A stretch of DNA of 64,000 nucleotides from Camelus dromedarius (lineage: Eukaryota): assembly GCF_036321535.1 (NCBI RefSeq), contig NC_087436.1:44580001-44644000 (forward strand), written 5' to 3'. Below, piece after piece: positions 37,595-51,139 of this stretch (position 1 is its first letter; the number at the start of each line of letters is the position of its first letter). The position numbers and the translations under genes are program-made. The notes beneath the pieces were generated by a model. It had not been told where the DNA came from, ran no database searches, and saw nothing but the letters and a program-made list of their open reading frames with translations.

Positions 37595-38720
37595 TGTTAA
37601 CTTGATTCATTAATGCAGAGAATATTCACGATTTTTCGCCTCGGAAGAGACGGATTCTGTCATCGCTTTAATAGCACTCTGCTGGAAATCAAACACAATT
37701 TTTATTCTAGGGAATGATTACTGTGTCTTGTTTAATTCTCCCCTAACAAATGTCAGCACTAATGTATTACAGATTATTCAGTCAATTTGATGGTTCCAGG
37801 TGAAAGAAAGGAACACAAATCTCTTCTTTTAGTGTAAAAAGGGTCAGCCGGATGACTTCCCCTGCAGGAGCCGAGATGAGGCTTGACATGAATCAATCAA
37901 GAAGGCTCAATTTTACAGTTATAGTGCCTAATGCCTAAACATGAGCGTACGGGTGGAAATTAGCACCCGATTATGAGCATACATGATCTTCCCCTGGAAG
38001 ACAATAATATTGGCATTAAGCTTCTCAAGAGGGAAGATGCTGCTGGTTTTTAATATGTCTTAAATTATGTCAGGAAAAACACTGGAACATCACACAAAAG
38101 CCACAGTCAGTGTCTATTGCTATCTCATAAAGCTGGAGATCTTTACAACAATATTGACACAGGAGCAGGCAAGCAAATGTCAGCCAATATAACATATGAA
38201 ATACTTAACGTAACCAATTTTCAGCTGTCAATCAGCAGGGAATAATGACTGATGCAAGGAATCAATACGCCACAATTGAATTCCAGCTCACAAACTTGTT
38301 TCGTTCTGTGCTATAAAAGACTGTCAAATGTCACACCCCAAGAGATGCAACAGGATTCCAAAGATTTATTTATTTCAAGCTCTGAAGTCTATTAGCAATC
38401 GTGCTCCTTTGCTATTGGAAATAGAGCTCCAGTGACATTAAATTTTCAGAAATGACAACTCGCTTTTCTGACAAATTAATGATAGGACTTTCTTAGTCCC
38501 GTATTTATTTATTTTTTGCCAACATGAAGTACAATTATACTCAACCAATTCTTGGGATTTCGGAAAGCAAATATTTGACATAATTTGTCAAGTAAACTGC
38601 TCACAGAGCCAGCCATTCTTAAATAAGTTGTCCTATACATTGTAAATAAGTGGAAATTGCATATGACAAACCTTAGGCTTATGTTAAATCCAAACCTTAA
38701 TATGCAAATGCTTGATCGCA
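37595..38720. promoter_or_regulatory. Candidate developmental enhancer (TALE/HOX/POU motif cluster)
   Basis: 15 TGACA/TGTCA sites in 37658-38668; TGATTGACAG(-) at 38225-38234; TGATTGAT(-) at 37892-37899; TGATTCAT at 37603-37610; ATGCAAAT at 38702-38709; no recognisable repeat. Confidence 0.55.
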
Positions 38721-41653
38721 AATTAAATCTATAAAATTTATCTTCCCCGAATAACAGTATTAACTTCTAGTCTCCCTACTGCATGGTTAACTTTTAGGAA
38801 AAAAATTCATACATCCGTGTAAAAAAAAAGCTGTATTATCCCAAACACCGATAACTTATTTTATCTCATTCTGTGGTGGCAATTTTAGAGTTGATAGTCT
38901 GAACCTATTTTTTTAAATGCTATTTTAGTATTAATCAAGCCGCTTTTAAAATGTAACTTTGATGTGATGTAGTAACTAGAGAGATGCTTCCTATAAATGG
39001 GGAGAAAAATAAAATATAGAAAGTTGCTCTCTACCGTTTTCTTGGTATTCCCACAGGAACATTTTTTTTTTCTTTTCAGCCCTATTATTATACGTTCTGC
39101 TAAATATTCTTCCCGAATCAAAGAGGAAGAACATGAGTTTTATAAAAGAAAGGAACACTGTGTCAATGGCGACCTCCTAGCAAGCAGTCTTTTTCCCTTT
39201 GGGGCCAAAGGGAAATACAAGTCACACACCCTCTAAGCAAAATGAAGCAACAAGTTAGTCATCCCTCAAGATCCAGTTACACGCAGTGGGCAGGTACAGA
39301 TTTCTGCCGTTACCAATGGCTGTAAAGGCAGGGCAAAGTGAAGGCCTGCCACTCTTTGGGCCGGAGCTCACAGAGGCATCGGCTAAAGGAGCACAAATAT
39401 AACCAGGACTCTTATTTGGTCAGGCCCTTGCCTGTGGCCTAATTTTAGGCTTTTTTTTTTTTTTTTTTTGCATAAAGTGCCAGTGTGGTGGGACCATATA
39501 TCGGATGGACTTAGCACTCCACGGGGGCTGATCCCTAGGGTAGATTTTATGATCTCATGTCAACTACCATTATTAAGTTGATCTGACTTAGCATTAAATA
39601 TTTAAAAGGAAATTATTATCTTCAGATGTACTTGGTGCAAGAAAGATAATAAATCCCGAGTAGAACACGTTGAGAATCTGATGTTTGTTTATGAACAGAC
39701 CAGCAAGACGCCCACATTGTTTACAAACGGGAATAAATACTGTTAAGGCAGAGTTACTCATGTGGTTGAGTGGGCTGATTGAACCTGGAGAGAACATCTT
39801 GGGCAGAGCTGCTGTATCCTTCATTTGTTCTTCACTGACAATGATAACATCGAGCTGTAAAAGTTGAGATTGAAAGGCCACTAGTATGTTGTCTAATTTC
39901 AGCTGCAGAAGCTGCTGTGCTCTCCTGGTGACTTTATGAGGGAATAAGATTATAGGTCACAAGAGCTTCTTTATTTCCCACCTGTAGCTTCTAACAACAT
40001 TTTATTAAGGATTTTCCTATCTTCTTTCTCTGACCTGTAGGGGTTGAAATCCTAACAGCTGTTGCAGGATCTTGACCAAATGGTATTAACATAGGTTACT
40101 GACTCCGAAATGAAGTTGCCTTTTATCGGAGCTCTATTTCTGGATGGCTACTAATATTTTTACTGTGCTAATAAGATAAACATATCATTAGGTAAATAAA
40201 AAAGGAGCCCTTAATGCGGTTCAACAGTTAGAGCTTCATGTGTGCTTCACAGAGAATCACACCAAGCTATTATTATTTGAAGGTTTAGTGTTAATTTGTA
40301 AAACAAACATGTTGGAGAGTCGTCCATAAATACCTTCTTGACATGCGGTTGCTTCCTGGCTTGTTTAGATGGTTTTTTAATTACTCGCTCACTGACTAGA
40401 TCTCCAAAATAAAAACTAGAGGGAGAATTTTAATTCATATACGTATAGTATACCATCTTATTGGAGGAGAGAAATTCTTGTTTTCAAGAATTGTTTTTGA
40501 GACGAGATGTATGGTTTCTTGCCTGGATAGTTTTGAAGAGTAATGAGATATTTGCAGGACACTTGGAGAGCAAGGGAAGGTGCTAATAAGGACCCAGTAC
40601 TGTCAGTGGTCTTCACTCAGAGCTATACTTTAACTGAATAAATGTAAACACAATAGAACAAGAACACCCTATTCACCACTCTGGTAGACTGAAAACTGGA
40701 GGCAACACATGGGTCACATATATTCCTGTATTGTTTTATGCCAAAGGCAATGTTGCTGTTTTGTTTTTTTTTTTTTTTTAAAGAAACTGATTGTATTTTC
40801 CAGACATTATCTCATTAATTCTAAATCAATTTAGTTCCAGACACAGTCAAGTTAGACTCTCTTGAGGTCTTTTAGGCTTTAATTTCTAAAATTGTTGACA
40901 AACTTTTACTACTATTAAGCAAATCGATTGGAGAGTCCACTTCATTTTTTGCTGTTAGTAAAATGTGAAAAAAAAATAAAGTTCCATTTGTTCTGTAGTC
41001 AGAGGGAGGATTTGAGAACACTCTGACAGTAATTGTGTTTATATGAAACAGATCAAAAAGAGTCAATCTGGTGTTTTCAGCTGTCTTAATGACAAAATCA
41101 GATTGTCTGCAAAGCTGATTCAATCAATAGTGGAGAAATCGGTTGATTTGGCAAAGTGTGATTGGAAAGAAAACCAGTGGATTCAGTACAGTCATGGCCT
41201 GTTTATCTAAGAACCAAGTATCTAATGTGTTATTTACATTGAGGCATTTCTCTGCTCTGCATTTGTCCTTATGAATGTATACATAAGTCTAGTAGAGAAA
41301 CACTCATTGTATAGGATATCTTTGATTATTAAAAGGGATCAGATTGAGAAACCACCAAAATTTAGCTGTTGAAAATTTGGATTATGTGTTGCTAGAAAGA
41401 CTCATTAGGTAAGAAGGGTAAGAACTAAATGATGACAATAGGGATATATTTCAAAGGCATGTATTTAATCTAAAAAGAGGTGAATATTCAAAACTAAGTT
41501 GATTTTATTTTAGAGGTTTTCTTGAGCCTCTCTTTATGTCCACCTCTTTTTTATATAATACAATTCTTACAGGAAAATTTCAGTTTCTAATCTGTGTCAA
41601 CTTCTTAGAGGTTAACAGAATTGAAATGCAAATATCAAACTGGGCAGACCCAG

Positions 41654-42100
41654 TGTTAAAGCTTGAATTGGGTCCCCCCAAAAGATGCTGAAGTCATAAC
41701 ACACAGTTCTAGTGAAGGTGACCTTATTTGGAAATAGGGTTTTTGCTGATGATCAAGTTAAGATGAAGTCATTAGAGGGGGGGATAGTCCCATATGATTG
41801 TGTCCTAAATAAAAAGGAGGAATTTGGACACAGATATGCACACAAGGAGAACATCTTGCAAACATGAAAGCAGAGATGGAGCGATGTGTCTACAAACTGA
41901 GGAACACTAAGGATTGCCAGCAAGCCACCAAAAGCTGGGAGAGGGACATAGAACAGATTCTCCTTCCCTCAGAAAAAACTAACCCTGCCAACACTTTGAT
42001 CTCAAACTTCTACCCCCAGGGTTTTGAGACAATAAAATTTGATTGTTCAAGCCACTCAGTTTGTGGGACTTTGCTGTGGCAGTTTTAACAAAGAAATACA
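41654..42100 (+). mobile_element. Complete MaLR solo LTR (MLT1C-like)
   Basis: TG...CA termini; gtgaccttatttggaaataggg, aaccctgccaacactttgatctc, acaataaa; perfect 5-bp TSD cccag at 41649-41653 and 42101-42105. Confidence 0.93.
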
Positions 42101-42991
42101 CCCAGTAATCACAGACCAGTATGTGTTATCAAACTTTAACTTTTTATTTTTTGATTTATGATAAGAAGACAAAGAATAAAATCAGCTGAGGACCTTCAAG
42201 TCGCCTATCAATTGCATCTTTTCCTTGAACATGGGTCTGGGGTAGTGTAGTCGTCCCAAATGTGCTTGAGAGTCTACCACAGAAGGTACAACTCCTGAAA
42301 TTTCCAGAACATTCTAGATCTTGGGCTAAACAGGATTTTACTTATCTTTGGGCAGTATCCTACTAGTGTACCTTGAGAAGAGAGAGAGAAAAGTTTCTTT
42401 CTTGAAACTTTACATTGGAAATAAGTTTTTTTCCCTTAACTGTTTTATCAATAAAGTCAAAATAGAACAAAGATTCTCACCAAAATGTGGAGGCAAAGCT
42501 CACTGAGTCAAATTAGTCAGAAAGCCTGTGTGAGAAAGATACGGCTCCACTAGTCCCCTCTGCATGGAAACCAAGTCACGTGAGTCAAATATTTTAGAAG
42601 ACAAGATAGCTAAATGACCTTGTGTTTGTGTCTGAAAACCAGCTCATTTGACTGTTAAGTACCTGATGCCAATGCCTTGATGGAATTGATTTATTCCTCA
42701 CCAAAAAATGTTTCTCCTCCACTAAATATACAAATTGAAATTAAACTGACTGACCTAAAAAGAAAAACATACCATGAACTCTCTAGATGAAAAGAATATT
42801 TTCTCATAGGTTAATATTTTTTTCAGTCTTATCATAAGGACATTACATAAGCACAGATTTACTTCATATGCCCATTTCTTTTGTATTTGGTTATTATTTT
42901 GAGATCAGACCTCCCAGTGAATTTGTACATTACTAAACACTAGGGAAAATGTGAAATGTGCTGTTACATAATATTGTAAAACATCTCTATT

Positions 42992-43013
42992 CCTCTCTCT
43001 CTCTCTCTCTCTC
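42992..43013. repeat. (CT)n microsatellite / polypyrimidine tract
   Basis: Read directly. Confidence 0.9.
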
Positions 43014-44439
43014 CCCTGCAACTCCGCTCTTTCCCTCCCTCCTTCTCTCCCCTCCTCTATCTTATTTCTAAGTGGCCCCCGTTCACAGGTGAGAAATGGC
43101 AGGATAGCACAATAAACTTGGGAAAGCAATGATGTCATTGAAAGAATGAGGACCAGCACTTTCAGCCTTCTGATTGGTAGCCCGATATAATTATTCTCTA
43201 AACCAAACTTCCTGTCCATGTACTTAGCATGCAATATATATTGGGTTTAAAATGATATTTTCAAAGCCTCTTTGCAATGCCAAAAGTACCATTATGTAGC
43301 CTATTCTCTTTATTAAAAGATAATACTAAAAGGTTATGTAAAGGCAAAAGATTAAATTGTTTAAAGTAAAAATAAGGGCCCTTTACAATTGACTTCTTGC
43401 CTGCATTTTATAAAACTAAAATGAGTTTATTTTGCTAAGTCAAGCAGTAAAAAGAAGGAAATACTTCTCTTTTATAGCCATGTACCTCTAAAACCACTGT
43501 CCAGGAATTTTCCAGCACTAACATTTTTGGTCTGCAGAGACCAAAAATATGCAGATAACGTTAGTCCCAGCAAAGATTCCACAATGTAACCAAGCTTTCT
43601 TTACATACACAGGGGAAAACAAACCCATAGACTTATTACAAATTTCAAAAAATGTGGCCTCATAAAACTGTCATTCAGAGACCAAAAAGGACTCTGCTTT
43701 ATCTGCTTCGTGGTGGACCTTAACAACGCCTCTGAGCAAACGATGGTCAACATAGTACTTATGCAGAAAACTGTGACAACTTGCAGAGGGTTCTTTTTCC
43801 TATGAAAATATTAATACTGCTGCACAAGGTTTCATAGGATGCATGGTGACTTACTAACAAAGAAATCTGAAAAACCCTTGAAAGCAGGACCTACAACAAA
43901 ATTAGAGAGTTGCTCAAATTCTAATAGGTATTTGTTAAGGGTCTAGAAGGTATGCAAATTTTTTTCTATAAGCCACAGAAATTTCTCTGTCTTTACCAAA
44001 AACGGAATTGTCAGTAAAACCTGGTAAGCCTCATTTGGAAACGTTGCATTCCAAAAAGAGCATCTTGAGGTTGGGCGACGAAATTCTAGTCAACTATTGT
44101 ACAGTCTTCAATTTGGGCTTCTTGACTGAAAGTAAGATGACACTGATGGACTGTCTGGGTTGGTTTGCTGTATTGGGAGTAATTTCTGATTAATTTACAA
44201 CATAGTATTTGTATATTGGCCCCAAATAATCTTTTTTATCTTATGTATTTTTTAAAGAAACTTGTCATCTCAATCACAGGTTAAATATGATAAAAGCAAT
44301 CATAATTCACTTACCAAAAAAGAGGCACCAAATTTACATTATCACCTTCCAAATTTGTTCATTAAAAAATTCTCTTCAGAAATATTACAGATAATAAAAT
44401 ACCATTTATTATTTTTCATATTAATAACTTCTAGATAAC

Positions 44440-44530
44440 AATAAAATTCCTCTAAGTTATACATGTAATGATATTATGAACCTTGCTTTCTCCTGCCTGA
44501 AAGTATTGTAAAGATATTTAGAAACAAATA
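44440..44530 (+). repeat. 91-bp direct repeat, copy 1
   Basis: Ungapped match to 45522-45612, about 11 mismatches by manual count. Confidence 0.93.
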
Positions 44531-45521
44531 GTCTTAGACTTTTGGATTTCAGAGGTCAGGACATTCTCTTTTTAAAAAGTGGGACTGGGGAAGGATCAGG
44601 AGCAATGTAAGTTTGCTAACTTATTTTGTCAAGTAAGGACATTATTATTTTTTTTAAAATCTGTCCCATATCACCACTATTTTATAAAAGAGTCACTTTA
44701 TTACAAAAAAAAAAAAGAACTACGATAGATTCTTGTGTTATGTTCACAAGACAGAATAGTTGACAACTTTACCACCACATACATAAAAATCTTGTCTTAT
44801 TTTTCTCATTTTGTCCTGAACTTGTGAAGACTTGCTCAAAGCCAGCCATGAGAATTGGCACATGGAAACCACAGCATTGTATTTCCTTAAGAGGAGAAAG
44901 AAAATTAAACATAAATTCTGCATTTTAGAAAAGACATGTTCTAAATTAAGGATGCCTGTTTAAACTCTTTTGGCTATCTGGCTCTCTATTCATGGTTATA
45001 ATACATGGAGTTTTTAAAGAGACAGACTCTTTGCAGCTTCTTTTCTTGCAGGAACAAGAAAACGCGTGTGGCTGTTCAAGTTAAGTGGCCTGTGTGTGTA
45101 TAGACGTGGGGTTTAGTCAGGCTGCCACCTGGGAAGATGTTTGCGGCTTTAGGAAAGAGCAAAGAAGAATATGTTGACTATAGTGGGTGATGATCTTCAA
45201 AATCTCTCAGTTTTACCTTTGTGACTTTGATTTTGGGAGATCAAAGAAATGAGTTCCCCACCAGTGACAGTTTTTGGATGAGTTATGCCCCAAAACTCCT
45301 AAAGTTATTTTGTACTTTTAGATGATGTCATCTTACACTTGTATTTATTTTAGACTAAAAATATAATAGATAATTTCTCTGATTTCCATAGTTAGGAAAA
45401 AACATGAGCATGTTTTTTGTATAGTTTCCTTCTCCTATTAAAAAAGAAATAAATGGAGCATCACATATCTTTTATTTTTCTCTTTTAGTTCTTTTATTAT
45501 GCTTCTGAAATAAAGGAGGAA

Positions 45522-45612
45522 AATAAAACGTCTCTAAGTTATACATATGATGGTATTATGAACCTTGCTTTCTGCTGCCTAAAAGTATTATAAAGATATT
45601 TAAAACCAAATA
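45522..45612 (+). repeat. 91-bp direct repeat, copy 2
   Basis: Ungapped match to 44440-44530. Confidence 0.93.
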
Positions 45613-46384
45613 TGTGTGTTTTTACATATACGTATTGTCCTAATATGAAGAGTAATAGGAGTTATTTAGTCTTTAAAGTAAAATGATTAACTATGATTTA
45701 AGAAATGTTGATTAAATAGCTTGTACATTGACACCTTTCTAAAATTTCAAGATAAACTTTAACAGCATGAAAATTACGTGATTTTTTTCTCACTCAAATT
45801 TTAAAATTAAATTAAATTAAATCCATGAAACATTGGATTTGCAGCATTGCATCTAAAATCCAGGATCCTACCAAATTCGGGCTATTAAAAATGTTCTTTA
45901 TCTCAAGCAGAACTTTGGCAAAACAGTTTCAGAAAATGCAGGGTAACAGGACAGATTTTTCCATTCTATCAAATCATCTTACTTTTGTGGGTTTATGTCA
46001 CGACCTAAGCATTATTCATTCAATGTGGCATTAAAGGACAGTCACATTTATTCAGTGGAGAACGTTTTTTTCTTTTTAATGTTCAACTCATAAAACTATG
46101 TCAAGAGGTGATAGAGTTTTGACAAATTGATTAGAACTAAGATGGTTTAAGTTGGAAAAACTCTAACGTACATGAAGAAGACACTACAGAACGTACAGAA
46201 GTTTCAGACACTAATAATATGAGTCATGTGAATCCAGTTCGGCAGCAGTGATGCTGAAACGTTTCTTACCCTTCGGATAACACGATAAATGTGAGACAAC
46301 CTAAAAGTATCTCACCACATATTTTATAATATCATGGGTCTTTTAAAGGATAATTTACTGAATCTGTAAGAAAAAATAGAGCAG

Positions 46385-46620
46385 TGACATTTAGTACTCT
46401 TCAAGAGACTTTCAATCCAAGAAGAAAAGGCACTTTATAAACTCTGAAGCTCATTAACCTTCATAAAATACTGGTGAGTTAGGTGGCAAATGTTACTCTT
46501 CTCAGTTCATAGATGACTGAACTGAAGCACCAGGAGGTTAACTGATTTTTCCAATTCATAAAGCAAGTCACAGCATAAAGGGCGGTCACACAGAATTCTT
46601 GACTGTTGGCTCATGTGAGG
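46385..46620 (-). mobile_element. MIR SINE
   Basis: ctcattaaccttcataaaatactggtgag...cagttcatagatgactgaactgaagcac..gaggttaactgatttttcca. Confidence 0.7.
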
Positions 46621-47734
46621 CTCTACTCTCTGGATAAATAATTTATTAAATAAGCAGATTATAATTTACTGGATAATGCCATAGACATTTGTCCAAGTAA
46701 TTTGCTCCTGATGCAATTATAACTCTCTAAAGGGACAAGATTGTCTAATTTCCCCAAATACTGTAATAGTCTGAATCACTGCAGGTGAGTAATTGAAGGA
46801 AATATTCCAGACTGCTTTTATACTAGTGAAACTATTAAACATATATGACTATTTTGAAAGAATTAACAGTAACTTACCAATAAATAAGATAAACATCACA
46901 TTTAATACACCTTCTATGAGGAACATTTCAAATACAATAAATGGGAGAAAATTATATACATTTTTATTTATTGTTGCTAAGGCAAAAGTGAAAGGATATC
47001 TGCTTGTTTAAAAATAAGGGATGATAAAAAAGGTAGGAAATCTACATATAAAAACATATTTGCTAGGGTATTATTAGAGCTAGGTGATGGGTCTATAGGA
47101 GTTCCCTTTTATTATTTTTCTTACATTGTATAAATTTTAAATTCTGTGTCACAAAATTTTAAAATAAAGTATCTAGAACAGTTTCTAGAACATGTAAAAT
47201 AATTATTCAAAATAAAAAATAAGATTGAAGAATACACATTTCACAGTGGGTATAAGTTTGACATATTTTGGCCAGTGATCTAGAGTGTTATTTTATACCA
47301 AAAGCTATTTAGGTGTATAGAGTATTCCCAAGTTGTAAAATGTTGAAGGATGAGCTCGTATGTTAGCTTCATTTTTTTTAAGACAAAACAGAAAAAAATG
47401 AAATAATTTGCTCAATATTAAATATTGTGGTCCTAGAGAATTCTTTATGTTTCTTGGAATTTGGGGACCCTGTTGGACACATAGTTTCAGACAACGGCAG
47501 GCTGTCTGAACAAATCACAACATCTTCATTTACATTGACGAAAGTGAAATTGCCATCAGTTTAATTATAGTCAAGAGAATTAGAATAAAAAGAAAGGGAG
47601 ACAAGATGAAGAAAGGAAGGAAGGAGGAAGGGAAGAGAGGGAAGAAGGAAGCCAGCGGCTTCTGGACAACAGGGAAAGTTCATAAACTTTACCTTGCACC
47701 TTTCCTTCTCTCTTCCTTCCCATCTCGTTAGGTT

Positions 47735-48150
47735 TGTCTCTCATTGTTTATCACTTGAACGATTGTAATGGCATATGTATGAGTTTTTTCACTCTGTTTC
47801 CTCCAGCTTCAATCTATTTCACAGGCCATTGCTAGTCATCTAAGCACAATTATGATCATATTAAGTCCCCCACTCACAAACTTCCAAAGGTTTTCTGTTT
47901 TCCACGAAATTAGGGGAAATAAATCTCACTTGGGAATCAAACATCCTTCACAGTATAATGACTACCTACTTTTCCAGCTGCATTTCAATTCTTCTACCAC
48001 TTGATATCGCATGTTTCAAGCAAACTTAAACCTGTTCATTTTTCCTGAGTATGCCTGGGCTTTCAAGTCACTCATGTATATACATACACACGTCGAATTT
48101 TGGCATCCATCTTTCTCAGTGCCTGGGATGACGTTTTCTCATCCTTCTGC
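47735..48150 (+). mobile_element. L2 fragment
   Basis: tcacttgaacgattgtaatggc...caatctatttcacagg...atgatcatat...aaacttccaaagg...tcagtgcctgggatg. Confidence 0.65.
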
Positions 48151-48339
48151 CATGTCTTTTGCCTTTTGTTCCTTGGACTTTGTAGTCAGTTCTGAGTCTC
48201 AGTGCACAGAAGTGATGAGAGATGTCTCATGAGTAGACATAGAACAGGGAACTCTGTCTTCCTGGTAATCTTGGCTCTGTTTTCTCTGTTAGGCCTACTC
48301 TTCTAATAACTAGAAATCTATCATTTTTATTCTTTGAGA

Positions 48340-49610
48340 GTGTAGTCATCTTCTTCAAGTAACAGTATTTCAGGTTTTTTGGCTTTGGGGAACTAATTTC
48401 CCCTTACTGTCAGTTCATGGGATGATAAGACAAGGACGCGTGTAATGTGGAATACATTGAGCTGACATATATAGCAGGGAGAAGTGATGGTCACTCTATT
48501 CTAGGCTGGAAAGTCTGCAATTTTGGTTATGTGGTAGCAAAACTTCTGTTGAGTGGTAATGTCTTATAGTGGAACACAGAAAATATGACAACCAAAGTTA
48601 GAGTTTAGGGACATAGTAGAAAATTTCAGAGGCTCCTTCTCTCTGTGAGAAAGCAAAAATGTATGGCTTAAAACTTAAAAATAGTGATCCTTGGATGATG
48701 GGAAAATTAAAATATGAGTCCTAGGCTATAGTTAATTTCAACAAAGGGAGAAAGATGAACAAGAAAGTGTGAAATTGTGCTGGGACCTGGAGAAAGCCTC
48801 CCCAGATTTCCCTACTGCTTATTGTTTCCCCTTCCAGTCAATGGAAACCATCGGCACCATTGTAAAGAGCCATACGTAGAAATGTAGCCTGGCGCAAAGG
48901 GGCAGATTGATTGCCACCACGCTGCGTACTGTGTTTGTGCATTGCTCTCAGGCCAGGGACAAGCGAGAAGCACTGAGACCTTAGACACTGAGACCCTCAC
49001 ACTGCTGGGATCTAGATTCCAGGCTTATGATAATGCAAGATCTCTGGCTCAGTTACTAGTTTATGGAATTGGATGAATGCAAATAGAAAACCCACAAACA
49101 CTTGGAAAATTGTGTTTCTGAGAAACCCCACTTCGATTTTCCTTTCCAATGTTATCTCCATAGCCAAACTCCATGCGTTTTGGGTGTGGCTGGCTCAATA
49201 TTTGGTCTCCAGTTCAGATGCCTGATTGACTCAGATCTGGTCAATTAAATTTCCACATAGCCTAGAACACAGGGATTGCCTCATAGATGGACAGATGACC
49301 TAAAGTGGCCAATAATATGAGAGGTAAAAATTCTTTATCTGTTGTGGTCTAGAAGAACTTATTAGAAGTTCTTAACTGGAAGAACTTAAGTTTAGAGTTT
49401 TTGAAAACCACTCAAAACTTTTTGCTTGAAATCAATACAGGAAAGTAGATCTGAGAGATTGGGGAATGGAAAATGCCTAAGAACTGAACATATTGTTTAA
49501 ACTTATGAAGTATCTATATGTAAAGACAATTCTGTTCATAAACTTTTCTGTTCTGTGAGGGAATATATTTCCTTTTTCACTTGTGTCGATTTGGGATTCA
49601 GTCTCCAATA
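48340..49610 (+). mobile_element. Old MaLR remnant: LTR-like start, internal fragment and MLT1J/K-like LTR (~49110-49610)
   Basis: ggctggaaagtctgcaattttggttatgtggtagcaaaactt resembles MLT1-int; gattgcctcatagatggacagatgacctaaagtggccaata and ttttctgttctgtgagggaatatatttcc resemble the MLT1J/K LTR. Confidence 0.55.
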
Positions 49611-51139
49611 ATAGAAATTCAGTAATTACCACATAAACAGAATTGAATTAAGTTAAATTGAATTGAGATTGTTTCCATTGCCACAATTTAGAAGATTAAA
49701 ACGATTCTTCCATCTGATTAAAGATATACCTAACAAAAATTAACTACAGGGTGGATTCTACTTTGGGACGATAGTATTCCTTTGAGGTAATCTTTTCAAT
49801 TCCCACTGTAATGCTTAAGAAGCACCAAAACTTGTGAACTCAAAATGACACTGAAAATTAGCGCCAAATATTATTCTAGTGCCAGAATCTGGGAGGAATT
49901 TCCACTAACAGCAGAGCTAATAGAACAGAACTGAAAAAAACACCCATCATGATGCACTGCAGGATGAAAACAAGCCTCATGATCTGAAAGTGAATGAAAA
50001 TATTTATCACTCGCTATTTATTCCCTATTTCCAAACAAGTAGGCTCTAAACAAACTTGAAAACTCAGAGGCACCTTGTACTGCCCGGTGCCTCTGTTCCT
50101 CTCTTCCCTTAACCCTCAACCCCACACACCCCTGGTAGTGCTGTTAGCGTGTTCTCTGTGAGTAAACTTTCTCCAGGTGGGAAGTAAGATAGAATACCAA
50201 GGGTCTATTGTCAGCCTGAGTTTTAGGAAGCAAGTTGAGAGAAACTCTCATCTCAGGACACCATAACTTCACAAGCTACATGCCTAGCAAGGCCAGATTT
50301 GGGATAGGAGTTGTATGTTTCTGTTTAACTTCCAGTTTTAGACCTAAAAATACTAAACATGTGCACAGAGAATGAAGAGAGACTGAAGATTCCATACTTT
50401 ATTGACTAATACATTTAAGTGTACGTAGATTTGATATTTCCTGAGGATTGGGCTCATTTCATTAATGAGATTTCTCCTAGTTTTAGAGTAAGTAAAAAAG
50501 AAGTAATACACCATGACAAAAATGAGGCATGACCAACTGGAAGACTCAGAGAAGGAATAAACCTCACAAAAGGAAATGACACAAGAAATGTAGGAATATC
50601 TTTTTTTTTTTTTTAATGATTTGCCATTCTCAGTATACAACAAGAATCTGTGGTTCTTTGATATGGAAAGAGAAAACTAAAGGAAAAGCTGTCAGAGACT
50701 ATAAACAACTTGATGATATAAAAAAGTTCACTGAAACTAGGTAGGATTACATGCAAATTAAAAATTTATTGACTAGCAATATGAAAGTATTGTTGGAAGC
50801 TTTAAAGAATAGGATTTCAGCTTTTTCAAGTTTTGACTGACCTTACAGTCTTTGACATCAGATTTTTCTAATTTTTTTTTTCTTTTTAGTGCAGAGTTGT
50901 GGAATAATGAATCATGGATGAAAAGTAGAAACAGGAGATTGACAAATGTAAGGAGAGGAAGACGGCATCTCTGTTGTACATAAACCAAGTTCTCTAATGG
51001 TTGAGAGCGTTAGTTCAATCTTAGTGGGTTATATGTTCCCCTGGGGGGTAAAGACTTCAAAGAAAAGAAAGTGAGAATTTATTTCTGCTATTGTATATGA
51101 CTTGCTCTTGGGGAAAAAAAACAAAACCCAAAAAACATC

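Noticed and set aside
39165..39185. CTCF-like tggcgacctcctag
   Set aside because: Several mismatches in the core; not supportable without data
43523..43548. 11-bp perfect hairpin atttttggtct-gcag-agaccaaaaat
   Set aside because: Too short for a pre-miRNA, AT-rich, and plausible by chance in 64 kb
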